Assembly (NCBI GenBank): GCA_020859755.1
Contig: JAJBVP010000290.1
Location: 1-52,509, forward strand
Direction: 5' to 3'
Origin: Bacteroidales bacterium
GTDB taxonomy: Bacteria; Bacteroidota; Bacteroidia; Bacteroidales; Muribaculaceae
DNA: 52,509 bases
Of the stretch, positions 26,514-34,468 are shown in pieces (within the stretch, counting starts at the first letter, position 1; each line of letters opens with the position of its first letter). A program made the position numbers and the translations under genes. Below the pieces are notes generated by a model that was not told the origin of the DNA, ran no database searches, and worked only from the letters and a program-made list of their open reading frames with translations.

Positions 26514-27626
26514 TTACCAAGGGATGGTAATGTCGGCCTGAGCAAATTCCTTCCTGATATGCTGCACAAACTCCCGATCCTCCGTAGATGCTGAGGATCC
26601 CAAACAGAATGTCGCCTTGGAATCATAGGACTTCCTCTTCAGCCCAAGCACGTTGAGAATCCGCTGAATCCATACCTTGGATCGCTCAGGAGGGAGAAAT
26701 TTCGACAAGGTGTAAATCATCAGGAATAACCTGTTGTTCTGTTCGCCCATCTTCTTCAAGGGACTCGGTGCCGTCGGATGGTTTATACCAAATATAAAGG
26801 CGTCGTCCGACACCCTCCCCAAAATCGTGCCGTTGCACACGCGACACATTATCCGGCACACTTTCTTGGGAAAGATAAGGTCGGTGGCGTTGACCCGTTT
26901 GAACAACTTTTCGTTTTCTACTGCCGTCAACTCATCAATTGGGAACAGGCGATAGGCGGAGACTTGTTCCTTGAGTTTTATAATGGCTTGAATCGCCTTC
27001 TTGAAACTGAAGGTCAGGCCTTTATTTGTTCTTTGCTCTATGTCATCGATATACTGGCCTACGCTTTCAGTCTGCTCCATGATAGCGTCAAACTGCTCAT
27101 TCGCCCCGATTCGCAGCCGCGACGCAAGTCCATGTTTGTCAATCTTCTTGTGACCGCTGAGAGTTTGCAAGGCGCACATCACCTCATATTCCACGGCTTT
27201 CTTCAGCACGTCAGCGGCCTCAGCGGCTTCCACCACTAATCTTTCTCTTTCCTCATTGGCCAGCTTGAGAGCTTTATGTTCCACCTGGAGTGCGTCTATC
27301 TTGTCAAACTCCTCCTGGTGAGCCTCATAAAGCCAAATGATTTTGTTAAACAGGGCAAGGAGCGAGGCGACTCGGCCGATGCCGTCAAAATCCTCGTTTT
27401 TCAACTCTTCCTCGATAGCTGCAGTGAAACTTTTACGCCATTGCGTTCCGGATATACCATGGACAATCGACGACAGTCGCTCCAAATCCCTATAAGTGAT
27501 TCCCACGCCCATGGCCACACTCTCAAAAAGTTCGCACACCCCTTCAAACTCACCGATGCAGCAGCTGATCGTGAGCCTGTCGTTATCGGGATATAACAGA
27601 TCCGTTCCAAGAACGTTCGTAGCCAT
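26514..27626 (-). CDS. Hypothetical 370-aa protein with a central coiled-coil-like region and a CRIMCRVCNG Cys cluster.
   Basis: Long ORF with ordinary amino-acid composition. It is the first gene inside the right end of the element. No family was recognised. Confidence 0.65.
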   Translation of the reverse strand: MATNVLGTDLLYPDNDRLTISCCIGEFEGVCELFESVAMGVGITYRDLERLSSIVHGISGTQWRKSFTAAIEEELKNEDFDGIGRVASLLALFNKIIWLYEAHQEEFDKIDALQVEHKALKLANEERERLVVEAAEAADVLKKAVEYEVMCALQTLSGHKKIDKHGLASRLRIGANEQFDAIMEQTESVGQYIDDIEQRTNKGLTFSFKKAIQAIIKLKEQVSAYRLFPIDELTAVENEKLFKRVNATDLIFPKKVCRIMCRVCNGTILGRVSDDAFIFGINHPTAPSPLKKMGEQNNRLFLMIYTLSKFLPPERSKVWIQRILNVLGLKRKSYDSKATFCLGSSASTEDREFVQHIRKEFAQADITIPW

Positions 27627-27771
27627 GGATGAGGTTAAATAGTCATAACAGGACGAATTGCCCCATCAATTCTAACACCTCATCAAGCTATTGAGTTTAT
27701 ATGATACGCCGATTTGTCCTTGACGAAACGCCCCGATATTCCCCTTTAAAAACGCCACAAGATCCCGCCCC

Positions 27772-27798
27772 AATTTGTGCGTAAATTTGTGCGTAAAT
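27772..27798 (+). promoter_or_regulatory. Right copy of the duplicated end module (AATTTGTGCGTAAATTTGTGCGTAAAT). Candidate arm-type site. It contains a TAAATTTG box facing outward towards attR.
   Basis: Exact 27-nt match to 16102-16128 in the same orientation, about 50 nt inside attR. Confidence 0.55.
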
Positions 27799-27837
27799 AA
27801 AAAGAATCGCTTGCAGATCGCTGTCCTGCAAGCGATT
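27797..27837 (-). terminator. Rho-independent terminator serving the reconstituted tRNA-Pro, supplied by the element.
   Basis: Perfect 12-bp stem AATCGCTTGCAG / CTGCAAGCGATT (27805-27816 / 27826-27837). On the minus strand CTTTTTATTT follows. Confidence 0.8.
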
Positions 27838-27847
27838 ACAATAAATA

Positions 27848-27874
27848 ATTGTCGGGGTGAGAAGACTCGAACTT
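27848..27874. repeat. attR-type direct repeat overlapping the 3' end (T-arm and acceptor) of tRNA-Pro.
   Basis: 24/27 match to 15960-15986. Confidence 0.85.
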
Positions 27875-27925
27875 CCGACCTCCACGTCCCGAACGTGGCG
27901 CGCTAACCAACTGTGCTACACCCCG
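27852..27925 (-). tRNA. tRNA-Pro (anticodon CGG), 74 nt, CCA not encoded.
   Basis: Hand-folded. Acceptor CGGGGTG / CACCCCG. Anticodon stem CCACG / CGTGG with loop TTCGGGA. T-arm GGAAG-TTCGAGT-CTTCT. Discriminator A. Confidence 0.9.
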
Positions 27926-27942
27926 AGATGGTTTTGCGGCCA

Positions 27943-27974
27943 CAAAGGTAGTGATTTTCCCTTAAACGCGCAAA
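27943..27974 (-). promoter_or_regulatory. tRNA-Pro promoter: -33 TTTG and -7 TACCTTTG on the minus strand, 20 nt apart.
   Basis: CAAAGGTA at 27943-27950 and CAAA at 27971-27974 on the plus strand. The -7 box ends 17 nt upstream of the mature tRNA 5' end. Confidence 0.6.
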
Positions 27975-27983
27975 TAAAAGTTT

Positions 27984-28038
27984 AACTACAACTACAAACT
28001 AACAACTAACAACTACAAACTAACAACTAACAACTAAC
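27984..28038. repeat. Heptanucleotide tandem repeat AACTA(A/C)(C/A), 8 units, including a perfect 21-bp duplication (27990-28010 and 28011-28031).
   Basis: Read directly. It lies between the stop of the GH3 fusion gene (28041) and the tRNA-Pro promoter. Confidence 0.9.
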
Positions 28039-28040
28039 TC

Positions 28041-30983
28041 CTACTCTTTTCCCATCGCTTTGTAGATGTAGTCGAGGATGCGGGTGCGGGGGTTGAGGCG
28101 GGAGAAGGCGGCGTTGTCGCGGGTGGGGTTGACGCGGTTGCTCAGGAAAATGTAAATTAGGTCGGTCTCGGGGTCGATCCAGAAGCAGGTGCCGGTGAAG
28201 CCGGTGTGACCGTAGAGCTTGGTCTCAAAAGCGGTGGGGGAGGTAATGTCGAAGCCTAATCCACGGCGTCCTGACTCGCTGCGTGAGGTGGTGAAATTCT
28301 TGACTGTGGCCTCGGAAAGCACGCGGTTGCCAGCGTATTGTCCTCCTTGGAGGTACATGCGGCACAAGCGCGCGAGGTCGTTGGCGGTGGAGAACAAACC
28401 TGCGTTGCCCTGTACGCCTCCCGACATGGCGGCCAATTCGTCGTGGACATATCCCCGGACGGTCTGCTTGCGTAAGTAGGGGTCGTGCTCGGTGGGGGCG
28501 ATATCGGTGACAGGGAAGTGGTCCAATGGACGGTAGACTGTGCGATACATTTCGAGAGGCTCGAAGATGTAGCGACCCACGTATTTGTCATGGCTCTCAC
28601 CGGTGACGTGTTGCTCGGCGTCGGCCAGCAGGGCGAAGTTGAGACAGGAATAGTTGTAGGAGTTGTTGGGGCGGAGCTTGGCATTGTAGATGCGTGCCAT
28701 TATGGAGTCGTAGGTGGCGGGTCCAACCCAGAAGCCTTTGGCGATCTCAATGGGGAATTGCTCGGAACGTGTGGTCGATGCTATGTCGGTGCGACGTTTG
28801 GCCGAGGCGTTGCCGTAGGAACGGTTGGCGATTTTGACGGTGTTGGTTTTGGTGGGCTTGCCGGTGATTAGCGGTCCGGTATAGGTGGCCGTGTCCATCA
28901 TCATTTGGTACATGTTGAGGGACGCGGGCATGCCGCTTTCGTGGTATAGCAGCTGGCGCACGGTGATGTTCTCCTTGTCGGTGCCACGCAGCCCCGGGAT
29001 GTATTTGGAGGCTTTCTCGTCGAGCTTGATCAGGCCTGAGTCGAAGGCTTTCATTATTCCGGGCAGGGTACCGGTGGCCTTTGAGACGGAAGCTAAGTCG
29101 TAAATGGTGGCGTCGGTGACGGGGGTGGATGATTTAAAGTCGAGGGTACCGTAATTTTTGTTGAAAATCACGTTGTCGCCTTTGGCGATAAGCACCTGGC
29201 ATCCCGGGAAGGCTTTGTTTTTGATCCCCTGAGCGACGAGGGCATCGATGCTGTCAGTGAGCCAGGGGGCTACGCCTTCCACCTCGGGGGAGGTGTAGCC
29301 GAGGCGTTTCTTTTGGATTTTCACTCCTGAGCCCAGTGGAGCTATGCCTTTGAGGTTGACTGGTAGCCGGCCAGTGACGTTGATACCTCCAAACACGGCT
29401 TGGGCGGCGTATTCACGTAGGTAGGGGGTGTCGTCACCAGCGAGCACGAGGGTAGGGGAGTTGTTGACTTGATTGGCGAATTTACCCATTTTTAGGGCCG
29501 ACATAAAGAACACGGGGATGACGTTCTTGGCCTTGGTGAACTGAGCCAGCGTCTCTCGAGACACGGCCGAATCGTCGTAAACGCCTATTACGACATATTC
29601 ATGTGCAAGTATCTTCTTTACCTTCTCGGCCGAGAATTGCGCGCCTTGGTTGTTGTAGACCGTGGCTTGGGCGTATTTGCCGCAATATTGGGTAAAGGCG
29701 TTGTCGGATGATTTGTTGCCGATGTTAACCACAGCCACGTCGCGGGTGTCGGGTATAGGGAGCAGGTCGTTGTCGTTGCGGATACATGTGATGCACGCGG
29801 CGGCGAGGCGGCGGTTGATGGCGTCGGCCTGCGGTGAGTTGATTATCTTCTCCAGGTTGGCGGTGTTGATCGACTGGGGCTTGTTCAAGCCGAGGGCGTA
29901 TTTGAATGTAAGCACCTTCTTGCAGCGTTGCTCTATCAAGGAGTTGCTGATGCGGCCGTCCTTCACGGCTTGCTCCACAGCCTTGATATCGGATATGGGG
30001 GCCTCGGAGCTGAGCAGGATATCGGCACCGGCTTGCAGGGCCACCACGCAGTTGTTACGCCCAGGAGTGTGGGCGCCTTTCATCGCCAGGGCGTCGGTGA
30101 AGACCAATCCTTCGAATCCCATCTTGTTCTTCAGGTAATCGGTGGTAATCGTTTTGGAAAGTGAGGCGGGGGTGCCAGAAGGGTCGAGCGCGGGCACGTT
30201 GAGGTGGCCCACCATCACTCCTCCCAGCCCCTCGCCCACGTAACGCTTGAACGGGGCGATGTCGTCGCTCTCCATCTGTTTCAGTGAATGGGTAACGGTG
30301 GGTAGCTCCTTGTGGGAGTCGGTGGATGTGTCGCCATGACCCGGGAAGTGCTTGGAAACCGAAAGCACGCCTCCGCTTTCCAGCCCTTGAGAGTAGGCCG
30401 AGCCCAATGCACCGACCCTTTGCGGACTCTCGCCGAACGACCGGTAGCCGATCACGGGATTGGCGGGGTTGGTGTTTACATCGAGGTCGGGAGCGAAATT
30501 GACGTGCACGCCGATGGCCTGACACTCGCGCGCCACTTCCCGTCCATAGTCGTAAAGAAGTCGCTCGTTGGCTATGGCACCCAATGCCATGTTGTAGGGG
30601 AAACGGGGAGCCTCGTCGATGCGCATGGCTAATCCCCACTCGCCGTCAAAGGTGATCATCAACGGTATTGTGGCCATGCTCTGGGCGTAAGCGGTCATGT
30701 CGGCCATGCGGGCCAGTGATGAGCGATTGAAAAGTAATCCACCCACGTGTGTGGTCTCCACTAATAGTTTCAGCTCGTTCTTCGCCTTGTCGCCGTTGGG
30801 GTTGACCATCGGCACGAATAGCTGGGCGATGCGGTCGTGCAGGCTCAAGGAGTTGTACACCGAGTCGACCCAATGGCGACAGGCCTTTTCGTCGACCTTG
30901 GTCAAAATCTTTGGTGTCACTGCCGAAGCGGGCAAGGCGGTCACCAACAAGGCGGCTATCAGAGATTTCAATGGCTTCATCAT
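28041..30983 (-). CDS. Fusion protein: N-terminal glycoside hydrolase family 3 (NagZ-like beta-N-acetylhexosaminidase) domain plus a C-terminal beta-lactamase-related serine hydrolase domain.
   Basis: Signal peptide present. GH3 motifs KHFPGHGDTSTDSH and VFTDALAMKG. Serine hydrolase motifs SVSK (S-x-x-K) and GHTGFTGT. Confidence 0.9.
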   Translation of the reverse strand: MMKPLKSLIAALLVTALPASAVTPKILTKVDEKACRHWVDSVYNSLSLHDRIAQLFVPMVNPNGDKAKNELKLLVETTHVGGLLFNRSSLARMADMTAYAQSMATIPLMITFDGEWGLAMRIDEAPRFPYNMALGAIANERLLYDYGREVARECQAIGVHVNFAPDLDVNTNPANPVIGYRSFGESPQRVGALGSAYSQGLESGGVLSVSKHFPGHGDTSTDSHKELPTVTHSLKQMESDDIAPFKRYVGEGLGGVMVGHLNVPALDPSGTPASLSKTITTDYLKNKMGFEGLVFTDALAMKGAHTPGRNNCVVALQAGADILLSSEAPISDIKAVEQAVKDGRISNSLIEQRCKKVLTFKYALGLNKPQSINTANLEKIINSPQADAINRRLAAACITCIRNDNDLLPIPDTRDVAVVNIGNKSSDNAFTQYCGKYAQATVYNNQGAQFSAEKVKKILAHEYVVIGVYDDSAVSRETLAQFTKAKNVIPVFFMSALKMGKFANQVNNSPTLVLAGDDTPYLREYAAQAVFGGINVTGRLPVNLKGIAPLGSGVKIQKKRLGYTSPEVEGVAPWLTDSIDALVAQGIKNKAFPGCQVLIAKGDNVIFNKNYGTLDFKSSTPVTDATIYDLASVSKATGTLPGIMKAFDSGLIKLDEKASKYIPGLRGTDKENITVRQLLYHESGMPASLNMYQMMMDTATYTGPLITGKPTKTNTVKIANRSYGNASAKRRTDIASTTRSEQFPIEIAKGFWVGPATYDSIMARIYNAKLRPNNSYNYSCLNFALLADAEQHVTGESHDKYVGRYIFEPLEMYRTVYRPLDHFPVTDIAPTEHDPYLRKQTVRGYVHDELAAMSGGVQGNAGLFSTANDLARLCRMYLQGGQYAGNRVLSEATVKNFTTSRSESGRRGLGFDITSPTAFETKLYGHTGFTGTCFWIDPETDLIYIFLSNRVNPTRDNAAFSRLNPRTRILDYIYKAMGKE

Positions 30984-30988
30984 TTGAT

Positions 30989-31006
30989 CGTTATAACGTT
31001 ATAACG
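30989..31006. promoter_or_regulatory. Perfect 18-bp palindrome CGTTATAACGTTATAACG directly upstream of the GH3 fusion gene. Candidate operator.
   Basis: The sequence is self-complementary and starts 6 nt from the ATG at 30983. An 8-bp palindrome GTAATTAC follows at 31007-31014. Confidence 0.35.
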
Positions 31007-31041
31007 TAATTACGTGATTACAAAATCGCAAGGGGGGGTGA

Positions 31042-32532
31042 TTACTTGATGCGGGCGGTGGCGTCGGTCTTGATGGGCTTTCCCTTGAGGTCGTGGCGCA
31101 GATAGTCGAGAAGGTCGGCCCAGAGGATTTGGTCGCTTTTGGCCTTGACGGTGGAATTTTTCAGCGGTGAGGCATAGTCGCCGCCGTTGGCCAGATAATC
31201 GATGGTGGCGAGACGGTAAATCTTGTCGGGATCGATGGGTTGGCCGGCGATATTTACCTTGGTGTCATCCTTGGTTTTACCCACTTGAATCGAGCCTTCA
31301 CGGCTGATGGCGGCCGCATTGCTCTCTGCGAGGATGGCAAGTGCCTCGGCAAGGTCGCTACCTTTTACCTCAATGACAGTGACAGAGTTGTCAAACGGGA
31401 GCATGGTCATTATCTGTCCTTCCGAGATATTTCCCTTGGGGAGGGAGCGACGAATGCCGCCACGGTTGATCAGTCCCAGGTCGATAGGCTCGGAGGTGAG
31501 TTTCTGGGCTTTGGCTACGACAAAATCGGCCAAGAAGTTGGGCAAACGGTCGCCATCGGCTTCGAGCAACACTGGTGTTGACGACACCTTCACACTCATT
31601 AGCGAGTCCACTCCGTGGCGGTAAGGCGCGATCACCTCCACCCATTCGGGCTTGATCTGGGAGTCGAGGCGCTTGTTCACTGGGATAATCTTATACTCCA
31701 CTTCGCCCGTGGCCAGGTCGATGGTGGATTGTCCCACGTACTTTCCGCTCTTGCCCACTTGTGTGACCGTAATGGTGTCACCCACGGCATTTGGGACGCG
31801 ATAAGGGATTTTGCCGTCGGCGGGGTTGATCAGGGTGTGGCTGTGTCCGCCTATAATGAGGTCGATATCCTTGCTCGACGCGGCTAAGCCAAGGTCGTCG
31901 GGCTGCCCCACCACGTCATATCCAAGATGGGTGATGGCCACAACGGCGTCGCAGCGCTCGTTGTGCTTAAGGCTCCACGCGGTGGCATTGGCCGCCTCAT
32001 AGGGATCGAGGTAGACCAAACCGTCGTAGTTGCCATCCGAGATCATTCCCTTTGGGTCGAGATTGATACCCATGAACCCCACTCGCTTACCGTCGATCTC
32101 CTCAATGGCATAAGGCACGAAGTAGGGGTCGAGCGGGGTGTTGCGCAAGTCGTAGTTGGTGGTGATCCATGTGGCTGAGTCGGTGGCGATGTTCTCGGCG
32201 AGGCGGTTGATGCCGTTGTCGAAGTCGTGGTTGCCAAGAATCGCCAGGTCGTAACCCAGCAGGTTCATCACCTTGTGCTCGGCTTCTCCCTTGTAGAGAT
32301 TGAAGAAAAGGGTGCCCTGCACGGCATCGCCAGCGTCAATAAGCCTGACGTTGGGCTCAACTGCTCGCACGCTGTCGATCAATACCTTGCGACGTAGCGC
32401 GCCGCCTTCGTCCGTGTCGGTAGGGTCAATCTGTGAATGGGTGTCGTTGGTGTGCAGCAGCACCAGTCGCTGCGCTTGGCACATCGATGAAACGGCGGCT
32501 GCCAGGATGAGGGTGATGGTTAGGGCTTTCAT
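31042..32532 (-). CDS. Bifunctional metallophosphatase / 5'-nucleotidase (UshA-like), secreted.
   Basis: Signal peptide present. Metallophosphatase motifs LLHTNDTHS, GDAVQGT, GNHDFDNG and GGHSH. A C-terminal 5'-nucleotidase domain is present. Confidence 0.9.
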   Translation of the reverse strand: MKALTITLILAAAVSSMCQAQRLVLLHTNDTHSQIDPTDTDEGGALRRKVLIDSVRAVEPNVRLIDAGDAVQGTLFFNLYKGEAEHKVMNLLGYDLAILGNHDFDNGINRLAENIATDSATWITTNYDLRNTPLDPYFVPYAIEEIDGKRVGFMGINLDPKGMISDGNYDGLVYLDPYEAANATAWSLKHNERCDAVVAITHLGYDVVGQPDDLGLAASSKDIDLIIGGHSHTLINPADGKIPYRVPNAVGDTITVTQVGKSGKYVGQSTIDLATGEVEYKIIPVNKRLDSQIKPEWVEVIAPYRHGVDSLMSVKVSSTPVLLEADGDRLPNFLADFVVAKAQKLTSEPIDLGLINRGGIRRSLPKGNISEGQIMTMLPFDNSVTVIEVKGSDLAEALAILAESNAAAISREGSIQVGKTKDDTKVNIAGQPIDPDKIYRLATIDYLANGGDYASPLKNSTVKAKSDQILWADLLDYLRHDLKGKPIKTDATARIK

Positions 32533-32595
32533 GGGCTATGAGTTTTATGTTTCCCCAAAGGTAATCAAATTTTGCGAATCATATGGGATTTTTGT

Positions 32596-32603
32596 TAATT
32601 TTG
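32596..32603 (+). promoter_or_regulatory. Candidate -7 promoter box TAATTTTG for the glycerate kinase gene.
   Basis: Exact TAnnTTTG match 8 nt upstream of the ATG at 32612. Confidence 0.45.
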
Positions 32604-32611
32604 CAGTTAAT

Positions 32612-33736
32612 ATGAAAACAACTAAACCCATCATTTGGATTTGTCCTGACAAATATCGGGGCACGCTTTCGGCCATGGAAGCGTCCACCATCATTGCCGA
32701 AGGCTTGGCTGCATGTGCCGATGGTTACGACCTGCGCTTGGCTCCTATGGCCGACGGGGGCGAGGGAACGGCAGCGTTGCTGGGTCGACTGCATGGAGCT
32801 ACTTCCCGACGGGTAGTGGCCACAGTTAATCCGTTAGGTCACGCTATAGAGGCCCAATGGTGGCTGAATCAAGTCTCAGGGGAGGGATTTATCGACTCGG
32901 CAAGCGTTATTGGGCATGAAACAGTGAACGGTCAATTGGCTCCTTGGCACAGCTCTTCCTTAGGCTTGGGAGTGGCTATTCGCAAGATACTGGACTCCGA
33001 CCCCAGGGTGAAACTCAACGTGTGCTTGGGCGGCACGGTGACAGTGGACGGTGGAGCGGGCTTGCTTCAAGGCTTAGGATGGCAACTGCTTGATCGGGCG
33101 CTCAAGGTGATTCCATCGCCTATTCTTCCAAGCCAGCTAAGGGATGTGGTTGCGGTTGAGGCGCCAAGTGACGCCGAGATGGTAGGGCAGCGTATACATG
33201 CCATCAGCGACGTGGAGGGTCCCCTGTGGTCTCGGGAGGGGATTTCCTCGCTGTCGTTTGCTCCCCAAAAAGGAGTTAAAGCTAATGAGATCAATGATTT
33301 AACCAACCAGCTACGCCATTGGGAAACCGTACTCGGAAAATGCCGAGAAAGGCTTGATATCTCGGGGGCGGGCGGAGGCACCGGCTACGCTTTACAATGG
33401 GTCGTGGGCTCTGACACATCTTTAGGAGCCGAGGAGATGATCAAGGCTTATGGAATCTTCCGTGAAGTGGTTCCGGGCATGATGGTAATCACCGGCGAAG
33501 GTTGCCTTGATGCGCAGTCGGTAGCCGGCAAGGTCGTTGGGTCGCTCTTGCGGCATTGTATGGCATCTGGCGTGGAAATCGCCATCCTCCCCGGCACCTC
33601 CACTTACGCCATACCTGAGAGAGAGGGGGTGGTGGTAATCTCCACCGATCAATTTCTTCCCGACCTACCTCTCAACCCCGATGTCGCCAGGAAACGCCTC
33701 TTCCGTGCCGCCAAGCAAGTAAAACCTTTGCGGTGA
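32612..33736 (+). CDS. Glycerate kinase.
   Basis: PDKYRGTLSAMEAS..., MADGGEGTAALL and VITGEGCLDAQSVAGKVVG match glycerate kinase family landmarks. The start was trimmed from the ORF-track 32300, which runs antisense through the neighbouring gene, to the ATG at 32612. Confidence 0.88.
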   Translation: MKTTKPIIWICPDKYRGTLSAMEASTIIAEGLAACADGYDLRLAPMADGGEGTAALLGRLHGATSRRVVATVNPLGHAIEAQWWLNQVSGEGFIDSASVIGHETVNGQLAPWHSSSLGLGVAIRKILDSDPRVKLNVCLGGTVTVDGGAGLLQGLGWQLLDRALKVIPSPILPSQLRDVVAVEAPSDAEMVGQRIHAISDVEGPLWSREGISSLSFAPQKGVKANEINDLTNQLRHWETVLGKCRERLDISGAGGGTGYALQWVVGSDTSLGAEEMIKAYGIFREVVPGMMVITGEGCLDAQSVAGKVVGSLLRHCMASGVEIAILPGTSTYAIPEREGVVVISTDQFLPDLPLNPDVARKRLFRAAKQVKPLR

Positions 33737-33777
33737 AACAGTTGAATAATAAATTTTGAGGATCCAAACTTTTGACG

Positions 33778-33785
33778 TATCTTTG
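33778..33785 (+). promoter_or_regulatory. Candidate -7 promoter box TATCTTTG of the TetR / efflux operon.
   Basis: Exact TAnnTTTG match 59 nt upstream of the ATG at 33845. Confidence 0.45.
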
Positions 33786-33790
33786 CGGTA

Positions 33791-33813
33791 AACAAATTGT
33801 TTAACAAGTTGTT
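33791..33813. promoter_or_regulatory. Two adjacent 11-bp palindromes, AACAAATTGTT and AACAAGTTGTT. Candidate TetR operator pair.
   Basis: Both are AACAA-n-TTGTT. They sit just downstream of the -7 box, where a repressor would block initiation. Confidence 0.5.
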
Positions 33814-33844
33814 TAAATGCTTTATCACATTGAAAGTCAATTGA

Positions 33845-34468
33845 ATGGACGAAGTCAACACAAAATCAACCACCGACCGTGAACAAGCCATACTCATAGC
33901 GGCAGAGCGCGAGTTCATGGAGAAAGGTATGGCTGGGGCTCGCACTACCTCGATAGCCGCGGCTGCCGGGCTTTCCCACTCGATGCTCCGCTATTATTTC
34001 CGCACAAAAGAAGCCTTGTTTGAGCGAGTATGTCGCGAAAAACTCAACGAGATGGCCGCTAAAGTATTCGCGTTGTTGCTCGACACCTCTATTCCCATCC
34101 AAGAGCGTATCCTCCTGGCCGTCAAGCGCCATTTTGAGTTTGTTAAGGTAAACTATCGCCTCCCCCTAATGTTGCTCAACGAGTACCGCCATGATCCGGC
34201 CAATTGCGACTCATGGTTCGGGGGTGTGCACGTGTTTCTGGATTCGATGAAAGCTAAACTCAATGGTGAGATTCACGACGCGGTAGCCAATGGTGTTATT
34301 GCGCCGATAGATATGGTTACCCTTTTTGTCGACATCCTTGCCCTTAATCTCACCTCCGTTGCTTTTGCCGAGCCTTCGGCTTTAATAGCTGGAGTAAAGG
34401 TTGAAGAATACCTTGACAATCGTTTGGAGGAAAACATGTTAACAATTAAAAAGCGTATCCAGCCATGA
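33845..34468 (+). CDS. TetR/AcrR family transcriptional regulator.
   Basis: N-terminal HTH REQAILIAAEREFMEKGMAGARTTSIAAAAGLSHSMLRYYFRTKEALF. Confidence 0.9.
   Translation: MDEVNTKSTTDREQAILIAAEREFMEKGMAGARTTSIAAAAGLSHSMLRYYFRTKEALFERVCREKLNEMAAKVFALLLDTSIPIQERILLAVKRHFEFVKVNYRLPLMLLNEYRHDPANCDSWFGGVHVFLDSMKAKLNGEIHDAVANGVIAPIDMVTLFVDILALNLTSVAFAEPSALIAGVKVEEYLDNRLEENMLTIKKRIQP

Larger units (their letters stand above)
15960..27874. mobile_element. Integrative element of about 11.9 kb inserted in the 3' end of tRNA-Pro(CGG). It has an integrase and a primase/helicase module but no recognisable relaxase or capsid genes.
   Basis: Flanking 27-bp direct repeats lie 11,888 bp apart. A tyrosine integrase sits inside the left end. 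The intact tRNA and an element-borne terminator are at the right end, and the native terminator is stranded at the left. Confidence 0.85.

Noticed and set aside
32300-32611. N-terminal 104-codon extension of the glycerate kinase ORF.
   Set aside because: The extension runs antisense through the 5' end of the 5'-nucleotidase gene. The family-typical N-terminus and a -7 box fit the ATG at 32612.
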